A DNA stretch of 32,000 nucleotides from Methylorubrum extorquens (lineage in GTDB: Bacteria; Pseudomonadota; Alphaproteobacteria; Rhizobiales; Beijerinckiaceae), in NCBI GenBank assembly GCA_900234795.1, contig LT962688.1:3810001-3842000 (forward strand), in the 5' to 3' direction. A model generated the notes under the pieces. The model made no database searches, was not told the origin of the DNA, and worked only from the letters and a program-made list of their open reading frames with translations. Positions 19,842 through 27,529 of the stretch are shown one piece after another. Numbering within the stretch: position 1 is the first letter of the stretch; each line of letters starts with the position of its first letter. The position numbers and the translations under genes were made by a program.

Positions 19842-22022
19842 CTACTGCGCCAGCCCGACCTGCACGAGGTTGTCGCTGAAGGTCGGCGAGTGGCCCATGC
19901 CGCCATAGGTCGAGGCGCTGATGACGTTCACCGCCCCGTCGCGGTTGAGCGAGTGCCAGTAGCCGAGCGAGGCGATCACCAGCCCGGGCGGCACCTCCTC
20001 GGTCACCCGCGCCTGCCCGTGGAAGGCGCCGCGATCGTTGAACACCCGCACCAGCGCGCCCTCGCCGATCTCGCGGCTCTGCGCGTCGGCCGGGTTGATC
20101 AGGATCGTCTGCTCCCCCTGCGCGCGGACCTTGTGCGCCTCGTTGGCGTATTGCGAGTTGAGGAAGCCGTGGCTCTTGGGCGAGACGATGTTGAGCGGGT
20201 AGCGCTCGGCTTGGGCCGGATTCGTCTCCGGACGTTCGTTGGCCGGCACGTAGCCCGGCAGCGGATCGAGGGCCTCGCCGCCCTGGAACTGCTCGTACAT
20301 CTGCCGGAAGGGCGGCGCGACGAAGTTGCCGCTCGTGACGGCCGCCTCCGAGTAGAACTCGCACTTGCCGGACGGCGTCGGGAAGTTGCCCTCGGCGTGG
20401 GGGGTGCGCGTGTCCGGATCGCCGATGTTCAGGCGGTACCAGCCGTGCTGGCGGAAATGGTCCATGCCGATGCCGCCGAGCTTCGGGCTCTCCCAATCGA
20501 GATACCATTCCATGAGCTCGGTCTCGCTCATGGAGAACTGGGGCTCGGTGAAGCCGAAGGTCTTGGCCAGCCGCCGGAACAGCTCGGCATTCGCCACCGT
20601 CTCGCCCGGCGGCTCGATCGCCTTCTGGTTCAGGGTGAAGAAGAAGTGCCCCCAGGAGAACATCATGTCGTCGTGCTCGGCCGCCATGGTGGCCGGGAGC
20701 AGGATGTCGGCGTAGCGGGCGGTGTCGGTGACGAAGTGCTCGCTGACGACCGTGAACAGATCCTCGCGGGCGAGCCCGCGCTTGATCTTGGCGGTCTCGG
20801 TCGAGTTCGAAACCGGGTTGGCATTGTAGACCATCAGGGCGTGGATGCCGGGCTCGATCCCCGCCTCGCCGGTCAGCACCTCGCCGAGCTTCAGCACGTT
20901 GAGCACGCGCGTGCCCTCCGGGATCAGGTCCGGCCTGCAGACCCGGTCCCAGTGCACCGGGAACTCCCACAGCGGCATCTGGTAGACGCCGCCGCCCGGA
21001 TCCTTCCAAGACCCTGTCAGAGCGGGCAGCGAGAAGATCGCCCGCAGCGCCTGGGCACCGCCGGCACTCCGCTCCACCGCCACGCCGGGCCGCAGCGCCG
21101 CGTTGCGGGTGGTGGCGTATTCGCGCGCCAGCTGCCGGATGTCGTCGGCCGGGATGCCGCAGATTTCGGCGGCGTATTCCGGCGTGAAGGCCTGCGCCCG
21201 TTCCTTCAGCGGCTCGAAGCCGACGGTGTGGCGGGCGATGTAATCGTCGTCGGTCAGGCCCTCTTCGATGATGACGTGGATCATCGCCATGGCGAGCGCG
21301 CCGTCGGTGCCGGGTTTCGGCATCAGGTGCCAGTCGGCCTGGGCGGCGGTGCGCGAGCGATAGGGGTCGATCACGATGACGCGGGCGCCGTGGCGCTGCG
21401 CCTCCTTCACCACGTGCCAGTGGTGGATGTTGGTCGAGACCGAGTTGCAGCCCCAGATCACGATAAGCTTCGACTGCGCGAAGCTCATCGGGTCGGTGCC
21501 GTTGGTCGGGCCGACGGTCAGCAGCCACGCGGTGCAGGAGCCCGAGCCGCAGAACGTCTTCTCGGCGACCGTCGCGCCGAGCCGGTTGAAGAAGGCGTCG
21601 CCCACGGTGAGGCCCTGCACCACGCCCTCGTTGCCGAGATAGTTGTAGGGAAGGATCGCCTCCGCCCCGTGCGTCTCGATGATGCCGGTGAAGCGGCGGT
21701 GGATCTCGGCGAGCGCCTCATCCCAGGTGATCCGCTCGAACTGACCGCTGCCCTTCGGGCTGGTCCGGCGCATCGGGTAGAGGATGCGGTCGGGGTTGTA
21801 ATGGTGGCGGTCGAAGTCCTTGAGCTTGCCGCAGAGCGCGCCGCGGGTCATCGGATGATCCGGGTTGCCGCGAACGTCGATCAGCCGCCCGTTCTCGACG
21901 GTGTAGATCATCGAACAGGTGTCGGGGCAGTCGTGCGGGCAGGCGCCCAGCCGGGTGACGGCTTCGGAAACCGACTTTGCAGCCGCCTCGGCATCGATCT
22001 CCGAGATGCGCTCTTCGAGCAT
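19842..22022 (-). CDS. Molybdopterin-dependent oxidoreductase (DMSO reductase/formate dehydrogenase superfamily), cytoplasmic, substrate unknown
   Basis: ATG 22022 is preceded by a strong GAGGAGG. N-terminal Fe-S cysteine cluster CPHDCPDTCSM...C. MopB-type core and C-terminal MGD-binding barrel. No twin-arginine signal. 726 aa. Confidence 0.85.
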   Translation of the reverse strand: MLEERISEIDAEAAAKSVSEAVTRLGACPHDCPDTCSMIYTVENGRLIDVRGNPDHPMTRGALCGKLKDFDRHHYNPDRILYPMRRTSPKGSGQFERITWDEALAEIHRRFTGIIETHGAEAILPYNYLGNEGVVQGLTVGDAFFNRLGATVAEKTFCGSGSCTAWLLTVGPTNGTDPMSFAQSKLIVIWGCNSVSTNIHHWHVVKEAQRHGARVIVIDPYRSRTAAQADWHLMPKPGTDGALAMAMIHVIIEEGLTDDDYIARHTVGFEPLKERAQAFTPEYAAEICGIPADDIRQLAREYATTRNAALRPGVAVERSAGGAQALRAIFSLPALTGSWKDPGGGVYQMPLWEFPVHWDRVCRPDLIPEGTRVLNVLKLGEVLTGEAGIEPGIHALMVYNANPVSNSTETAKIKRGLAREDLFTVVSEHFVTDTARYADILLPATMAAEHDDMMFSWGHFFFTLNQKAIEPPGETVANAELFRRLAKTFGFTEPQFSMSETELMEWYLDWESPKLGGIGMDHFRQHGWYRLNIGDPDTRTPHAEGNFPTPSGKCEFYSEAAVTSGNFVAPPFRQMYEQFQGGEALDPLPGYVPANERPETNPAQAERYPLNIVSPKSHGFLNSQYANEAHKVRAQGEQTILINPADAQSREIGEGALVRVFNDRGAFHGQARVTEEVPPGLVIASLGYWHSLNRDGAVNVISASTYGGMGHSPTFSDNLVQVGLAQ

Positions 22023-22246
22023 CGTGTTCCTCCTCGTGAGGCCGGATCTTGGCGTCCGGCTCTTGCAAGCATCGAGCCTAGCGTGGGGAACTCCAGAAAA
22101 ATAGTGCGATTCTTAGAACGCTACTAAGGTACAACCCCCTCGCGAAGCGTCGAACCCGGCACAATGATGCTTCTCAACAGGGCAGAACGTGCCGCGGAAG
22201 CGGGCAGCCATCCCCCTTCCCGGACCGGCGCCCTAAATCAGCTGCC

Positions 22247-23177
22247 GTGTCTCGTCTCGCCCTCGTTCTTCTGCCGGCCGCCCTCGCCGTGCTCGCCGGT
22301 CCCTCGCGTGCGGCCCCTTCGCCCGAGAGCGAGACGGTGGAGCAGGCGCTCTGCCGTCTGATCGAGGATTCGGCCAAGGCGCGGAAGCTGCCGGTGCCGT
22401 TCCTGACGCGTCTGATCTGGCGCGAGAGCGCGTTTCGCGTCGGCGTGGTGAGCCCGGCCGGTGCACAGGGCGTGGCGCAGTTCATGCCGGGCACGGCCAA
22501 GGATCGCGGGCTGACCGATCCGTTCGACCCCGAACAGGCAATCCCGCACGCGGCGCATTTCCTGGCCGACCTCAAGCGGCAGTTCGGCAATCTTGGCCTC
22601 GCCGCGGCGGCCTATAACGGCGGGCCGGGGCGGGTCTCGGCCTGGCTCGCTGGCAGCGGCGGCCTGCCCGCCGAGACGCGGGCCTACGTCATCGGCATCA
22701 CCGGCCGCCCGGCAGAGGATTGGCGGCCGAACGCCAATGTCGAGATGCCGGAGGGAGCCGATCCGTCGGCGAAGAAGCCCGAGGGCAAGAAGACCGAGGG
22801 ACAACCCGAGGACAAGCCGCCCCCGCCGGAGGCCGAGACGCAGAGCTGCCTTCAGGTCACCGCCGCCCTGCGCATCCCGTCGCGCGGGGACCGCTTCGCC
22901 CTGTCCGTCGAGGGGGGGACCGGCCGCGCCCTGGGGCGTGCAGCTCGCCGGCAACTTCTCGAAGTCGCTGGCACTCGCGAGCTTCCAGCGGGCGCGGGTG
23001 CGCTACACCAGCGTGATCGGCGAGGTGCGGCCGATGATCGTCGGCACCCGCCTGCGCTTTCGCGGCACGCGCACCTTCTACCGGGTGCGCATCCCGGCCG
23101 AGAGCCGGAACGCGGCTGACGGCCTCTGCCAGAAGATCCGTGGTGTCGGCGGCGCCTGCATCGTCCTGAGGACATAA
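22247..23177 (+). pseudogene. Lytic transglycosylase (SLT domain) with C-terminal SPOR domain, interrupted by a +1 frameshift in a G7 run
   Basis: Frame 2 (22247-) encodes a signal peptide plus an SLT domain (LIWRESAFRVGVVSPAGAQGVAQFMPGTA...AAAYNGGPGRV). Frame 3 from the G7 run at 22912-22918 onward encodes a SPOR domain (PWGVQLAGNFSKSLALASFQRARV...YRVRIPAESRNAADGLCQKIRGVGGACIVLRT, stop 23175-23177). Removing one G joins them as ...FALSVEGGPAAPWGVQLAGNF..., 309 aa. Confidence 0.75.
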
Positions 23178-23240
23178 CTCCCAACGTCGCCACCCCGCGG
23201 CCATGAATCCGCCGCGACCGCCGCGTCAATCACGGGTCAC

Positions 23241-24146
23241 ATGATCAAGGCATTCGTCTCCCTCGTCTCGTTGGTCTGCCTCGGGCTCACCGCCCTAGGC
23301 CTGAGCGGCTGCTCGCCGCTGGCGCTGTTCGATGCGCTCGGGCCGCGCGACAAGGGCGGGCGCCTCGCGATCCGCGACGCGGCCTACGGCGCGGATCCGC
23401 GCCAGCGCCTCGACGTGTTCGTGCCGACCGTGCCCGTGGAGCGGGCGCCGGTGCTGGTGTTCTTCTACGGCGGCTCGTGGAACAGCGGCAGCAAGGACGA
23501 CTACGCCTTCGCCGCGCAGGCCCTGGCCGCACAGGGCTTCGTGACCGTGCTGCCGGATTACCGGCTCTACCCGAAAGTGCGCTTTCCCGACTTCCTGAAG
23601 GACGGTGCGGCGGCCATCGCCTGGGTGCGCGACAACATCGCCGCGCAGGGCGGCGATCCCAGTCGGATCGTGCTCGCGGGCCATTCGGCGGGCGCCTACA
23701 ACGCGGCGATGCTCGGGCTCGACCCCGAATATCTGCGCCAGGCCGGCGTCGATCCGCGGATCATCCGGGCGGTGGCCGGCCTGTCGGGCCCCTACGACTT
23801 CCTGCCCTTCGACCAGAAGACCTCGATCGACGTGTTCGGGCAGGCGCCCGACCCGGAGGCGACGCAGCCGGTCTCCTACGCCGGCGCCCACTCACCGCCG
23901 ACCTTCCTTGCCACCGGCGACAAGGATACCGTGGTGCGGCCCCGCAACACGGCGAGCCTCGCCGCGCGCCTGCGCGAGGCCCGCGTGCCGGTGCAGGAAC
24001 GGGTCTACGAGGGCCTCGACCATGCCGACACGCTGCTGTCGCTCTCGGTCAGCTTCCGCCGCAAGGCGCCGGTGCTCGCCGAGATGAGCGCCTTCCTGCA
24101 CCAGCATGCGGGCGCGCGCCGGCTCACCACGCTGACGATGCACTGA
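23241..24146 (+). CDS. Alpha/beta hydrolase (esterase/lipase family) lipoprotein
   Basis: Lipobox LSGC in MIKAFVSLVSLVCLGLTALGLSGCSP. Oxyanion-hole region VFFYGGSW, nucleophile elbow GHSAGA, and late D/H residues (GDKDTVV, LDHAD). Confidence 0.8.
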   Translation: MIKAFVSLVSLVCLGLTALGLSGCSPLALFDALGPRDKGGRLAIRDAAYGADPRQRLDVFVPTVPVERAPVLVFFYGGSWNSGSKDDYAFAAQALAAQGFVTVLPDYRLYPKVRFPDFLKDGAAAIAWVRDNIAAQGGDPSRIVLAGHSAGAYNAAMLGLDPEYLRQAGVDPRIIRAVAGLSGPYDFLPFDQKTSIDVFGQAPDPEATQPVSYAGAHSPPTFLATGDKDTVVRPRNTASLAARLREARVPVQERVYEGLDHADTLLSLSVSFRRKAPVLAEMSAFLHQHAGARRLTTLTMH

Positions 24147-24180
24147 ACGCCCGATCCGCGCTCAGCCGGCGACGTCGTCT

Positions 24181-24600
24181 TCAGACCTCCCGCTCCTCCG
24201 GGATCGGCCGCGGCCGGCGGTCCGGCCCGATTGCGACGAACGTGAAGAGGCCCTCCGTGACCTTCATGGTGGCCTCGCCCTCCCGCTCCCGGCGCCAGAC
24301 CTCAACCTGGATGCGCATCGAGGTGCGGCCCGTCTTCACGATCCAGGCATAAAAGCTCACCTCGTCGCCGACGAAGACCGGGCGGTGGAAGGTCATCGCC
24401 TCCGCCGAGATCGTGGCGCAGCGCCCCCGTGCCCGGCGGGCGGCGACGTTGCCGGCGGCCATGTCCATCTGCGCCATCAGCCAGCCGCCGAAGATGTCGC
24501 CGGCCGGGTTCGTATCGGTGGGCATCGCCACGGTGCGGATCACCGCCTGCCCACGGTCGGTGGGCGGCACGGGCTCGGCGGAAGACAGTTCGCTGGTCAT
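24181..24600 (-). CDS. Acyl-CoA thioesterase, hotdog fold (YciA-like)
   Basis: VAMPTDTNPAGDIFGGWLMAQMDMAAGNVAARRARGRCATISAEAMTFHRPVFVGDEVSFYA is typical of YciA/Acot-type hotdog thioesterases. Start is ATG 24600 or TTG 24615. Confidence 0.8.
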   Translation of the reverse strand: MTSELSSAEPVPPTDRGQAVIRTVAMPTDTNPAGDIFGGWLMAQMDMAAGNVAARRARGRCATISAEAMTFHRPVFVGDEVSFYAWIVKTGRTSMRIQVEVWRREREGEATMKVTEGLFTFVAIGPDRRPRPIPEEREV

Positions 24601-24758
24601 CGGAAGGCTTTGCAAATCCTAGGATAAGTCCAAGCCTAACAGGTGCCATGGCGCCGCCGCCACAGCGCCCGGTGACGGTGCTCGGGACTTGTTTCGCGCT
24701 CGCTCCTGCGCCCATCGCGGGCGTCCCAGCCCCGATCGATCAAATGCGACGGATCGCG

Positions 24759-24774
24759 TTAACCGATTTTTAAC
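24759..24774 (+). promoter_or_regulatory. CtrA-type box 1 (TTAA-N7-TTAAC)
   Basis: The sequence ttaa ccgattt ttaac is an exact match to the CtrA consensus TTAA-N7-TTAAC. It lies 70 nt upstream of ATG 24844 in a very GC-rich context. Confidence 0.6.
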
Positions 24775-24812
24775 TCGGCGATTGCGGGAACCAGACGGTC
24801 GTGAGAGCTTCA

Positions 24813-24828
24813 TTAACGGAAGCTTAAC
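24813..24828 (+). promoter_or_regulatory. CtrA-type box 2 (TTAA-N7-TTAAC)
   Basis: The sequence ttaa cggaagc ttaac is an exact consensus match. It has the same orientation as box 1, lies 54 bp downstream of it, and ends 15 nt before ATG 24844. Confidence 0.6.
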
Positions 24829-24843
24829 TGCTCGGTCAGGGCC

Positions 24844-25512
24844 ATGCGTATCGCGTTCTCCAAGCTCTGTGTCGTCCGGCCCGCCCTCACGACCCGCCTG
24901 CTGGCGGGCCTCGCCCTGGCCGGGGCTCTTCTCCTCGCCGCGGCCCCGCGCGCCGAGGCCCAGCCGACCGCCGCGCTGCCCGCCATGAGCCTGTCGGCGG
25001 TCACCACCGGCCCCGCCCGGCCGATCGCCGCCTGGGCCGAGTTCTGCGAGCGCTATCCGGGCGAATGCGCGGTCGATCGCACCGAGCCCGCCAGCATCAC
25101 CCTGACCCCGGCGCTGTGGCAGACGATCAACGCGGTCAACCGCCGGATCAACCGGTCGGTGGAAGCGGTGACCGATGGGGACCATTGGCAGGCCGCCGAC
25201 CGCTGGGATCTCGCCGAGGACGGCCGGGGCGACTGCGAGGACTTCCAGCTCCTCAAGCGCCGCCTGCTGGTCGAGGCCGGCCTGCCGCGCCGGGCGATGC
25301 GGATGACCGTGGTCATCGATGAGAAGGGCGAGGGCCACGCGGTCCTCACCCTCATCACCAACCGCGGCGACCTCGTGCTCGACAACAAGACCAACGCGGT
25401 GCTGCCCTGGCGCCAGACTGGCTACACCTTCGTCAAGCGCGAGAGCCAGGAAGCGGTGGGCTGGATGGCGCTCGGTCGTGATGCCTCGCCGCTCACGGCG
25501 GCCAACCGCTGA
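24844..25512 (+). CDS. Bacterial transglutaminase-like cysteine peptidase (BTLCP, LapG-like fold), periplasmic
   Basis: Signal peptide ...LAGLALAGALLLAAAPRAEAQ. Cys-His-Asp triad context: GRGDCEDFQLLKRRLL (Cys codon 25234-25236), EGHAVLTL, LVLDN. Confidence 0.85.
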   Translation: MRIAFSKLCVVRPALTTRLLAGLALAGALLLAAAPRAEAQPTAALPAMSLSAVTTGPARPIAAWAEFCERYPGECAVDRTEPASITLTPALWQTINAVNRRINRSVEAVTDGDHWQAADRWDLAEDGRGDCEDFQLLKRRLLVEAGLPRRAMRMTVVIDEKGEGHAVLTLITNRGDLVLDNKTNAVLPWRQTGYTFVKRESQEAVGWMALGRDASPLTAANR

Positions 25513-25518
25513 TCCGGC

Positions 25519-25592
25519 TCCGCTTCATCGAAAGCGGAACCCTATCAGCGAGCCCGCGCGGCGCCTGAGCGACCTCCAAATCCGCCATCCCG
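25519..25592. repeat. Intergenic repeat, copy 2 of 2 (family with 16611-16686)
   Basis: tccgcttcatcgaaagcgga hairpin, then tatcagcgagcccgcgcggcgcctgagcgacctccaaatccgccatcccg. It begins 6 nt after the BTLCP stop. Confidence 0.6.
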
Positions 25593-25808
25593 CAAATCCA
25601 CCATCTCGAGGGGATCGATCGGATTGGGGATCAGGGAACCTTTTCAGAAAATTTTCCTAGTCCCAAATCGGGACCAGCCCGGATCTGGCGCGTTAGCAGG
25701 CTTTAACGGTTCGGCGGCCAAGGTTGATGAGAGGTTTCCGCGAGCGCGTGCCGCCCCGGAAAACCCTGTCACTGCCTCAGGTTCGCCGTCCCAGGGTCCG
25801 CTCGTCCC

Positions 25809-26132
25809 ATGCGTCGCGTCCTCCTCGCCAGCCTCACGACCCTTGCCGTCCTCGCCGCCCTCCCCGCGCGCGCGGAGAGCCCGGAGGGTGCGCGCCACGC
25901 GGCGTGGCAAGTCTGTCTCGACGAGGCGTTCGCCGAGCAGATCCGCACCACCAGCCGCAGCTTCGCCGCGACCAAAGCGGTTTCCACCTGCCGTGACCGC
26001 GAGGAGGCCTATCTCGGCGTGCTCGCCGGATCGCCGCTCCTCGACGGCGACGACGTCACCCGCATCCGCCCCGCCCTCGTCGCCCGCGCCCGCGACCGGC
26101 TGATGGGCGAGCGGCGTTTCAGCGCCCTCTGA
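25809..26132 (+). CDS. Small secreted protein, function unknown
   Basis: MRRVLLASLTTLAVLAALPARAES is a Sec signal peptide with an ARA-E cleavage motif. 107 aa with 2 Cys. I recognise no family. Confidence 0.5.
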   Translation: MRRVLLASLTTLAVLAALPARAESPEGARHAAWQVCLDEAFAEQIRTTSRSFAATKAVSTCRDREEAYLGVLAGSPLLDGDDVTRIRPALVARARDRLMGERRFSAL

Positions 26133-26154
26133 CCCCCTCCGGCAACTCGACCGC

Positions 26155-27519
26155 TCACGCCAGCATGTAGGCGAGCAGCGAGCGCAGTTGCGCCGGCTTG
26201 ATCGGCTTGTGGACGAGTTCGGCCCCGGTGGCTTGGGCGCGGGCGGCGATGTCGGCGCCGTGGTCGGCTGTGGTGAGGATCACCGGTGTCACCCAGCCCC
26301 GGTTGCGCCGCAGGTAATCCACCACGTCGAGGCCGCAGGCGCCGTTGTCGAGGTGGTAGTCGATCACCATCACATCCGGCCGCGCCAGACCGGCACCGAG
26401 GGCGGCTACAACGCCTGCGAGATCGCGAAACACCTGCACCTCGGCGTCCCAGTTGCGCAGGAGCCGCTGCAGCGCCTCCGCCGTGGAGGCGTCGTTCTCG
26501 ATTGCCAGAACCCGCGCGCCCGTCAGCGCCGTCGCCAGCGGTGCGAGGGTCACCCGCGGGTCCGGACGCTGGGTGGCGAGCGGCAGGGTGAGGCTCAGCC
26601 GCGTGCCGTGGCCGCTACGGGAATGCAGTTCGATGGCATGCCCCAGGGTCGAGGCCATGCGCTGCACGATCGACAGGCCGAGCCCGAGGCCGATCCCGCC
26701 ATCGTCGCACTCGCGCGCGCCGCGAAAGAACTCCTCGAAGACCAGCGCCCGCTCCGTCTCGGGAATGCCGCAGCCGGTATCGACCACGTCGATCCGGCAG
26801 AGCTTGTCCCGCCGACGCGCCGCGATCAGCACGCCGCCGCTCTCGGTGTAGCGGATCGCGTTCGAGACGAGGTTCTGAAGGATGCGCTGGAGCAGGATCC
26901 CGTCGGTCTCCACCACGAGGTCGGCGCAGCGGGTGACGAGGCGCAGCTCCTTGCGCTCGGCGAAGGGCCGGAAGCTCGCCTCAATCCCGGCCACGAGGTC
27001 GGCGAGGCGCACCGGCTTGACCACGGGGCGCACGATGCCGGCATCGAGCTTCGAGATGTCGATGAGCGCCTTGATCAGGTCTTCGATCGTCTCCAGGCCG
27101 CGCTCGACCTGCCGGGCGATCCCCTGCGCTTCCGGCCCCGGCGCGAGGTCGGTCAGTGCCGAGAGCGAGAGGCGGGCGGCGTTCAGCGGCTGGAGCAGAT
27201 CGTGGCTGGCCGCGGCCAGGAAGCGCGTCTTCGAGCGGTTGGCGGTCTCGGCCTCTTCCTTGGCGGCCTGCATCGCCGCGTTCGAGCGCTCCAGGCTGTT
27301 CATCAGCGCGGTCAGCTCTTCGGTGCGGGCGCGGACGCGGCCCTCCAGCATGATCGCGGTCTGGAACAGCGAGTAGGCGCCGCCCTGCTGATCCATGGTG
27401 CGCTCGACATGGGCCATCAGCGCCGCGTTGATGCGCTCGAGCTTGGCCACGCGATGCGTCAGGGCCTCGATGGTCTGCGGTTCGGAGGGCGGTTCCATCC
27501 AGAGGCCTGGGCGGTTCAT
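26155..27519 (-). CDS. Hybrid sensor histidine kinase / response regulator (coiled coil - HisKA - HATPase_c - REC), soluble
   Basis: H-box FLAAASHDLLQPLNA. N, G1 and G2 boxes (LVSNAIRYT, DTGCGIP, GIGLGLSIV). C-terminal receiver RVLAIENDAS...VMVIDYHLDN...KPIKP. No TM segment. ATG 27519 lies 10 nt after the FIST stop; the alternative start at 27579 would overlap the FIST gene. Confidence 0.9.
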   Translation of the reverse strand: MNRPGLWMEPPSEPQTIEALTHRVAKLERINAALMAHVERTMDQQGGAYSLFQTAIMLEGRVRARTEELTALMNSLERSNAAMQAAKEEAETANRSKTRFLAAASHDLLQPLNAARLSLSALTDLAPGPEAQGIARQVERGLETIEDLIKALIDISKLDAGIVRPVVKPVRLADLVAGIEASFRPFAERKELRLVTRCADLVVETDGILLQRILQNLVSNAIRYTESGGVLIAARRRDKLCRIDVVDTGCGIPETERALVFEEFFRGARECDDGGIGLGLGLSIVQRMASTLGHAIELHSRSGHGTRLSLTLPLATQRPDPRVTLAPLATALTGARVLAIENDASTAEALQRLLRNWDAEVQVFRDLAGVVAALGAGLARPDVMVIDYHLDNGACGLDVVDYLRRNRGWVTPVILTTADHGADIAARAQATGAELVHKPIKPAQLRSLLAYMLA

Positions 27520-27529
27520 CGGGCCGTCG

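Noticed and set aside
22023-22160. Possible Moco riboswitch in the Mo-oxidoreductase leader
   Set aside because: I cannot reproduce the Moco motif consensus reliably from memory. The leader shows only one short hairpin. It is kept as a low-interest observation rather than a call.
22593-23177. 194-aa ORF as an independent gene
   Set aside because: Only its last ~85 residues (the SPOR domain) look real. The upstream part is out-of-frame reading of the SLT gene. It is better explained as the 3' part of the frameshifted SLT-SPOR gene.
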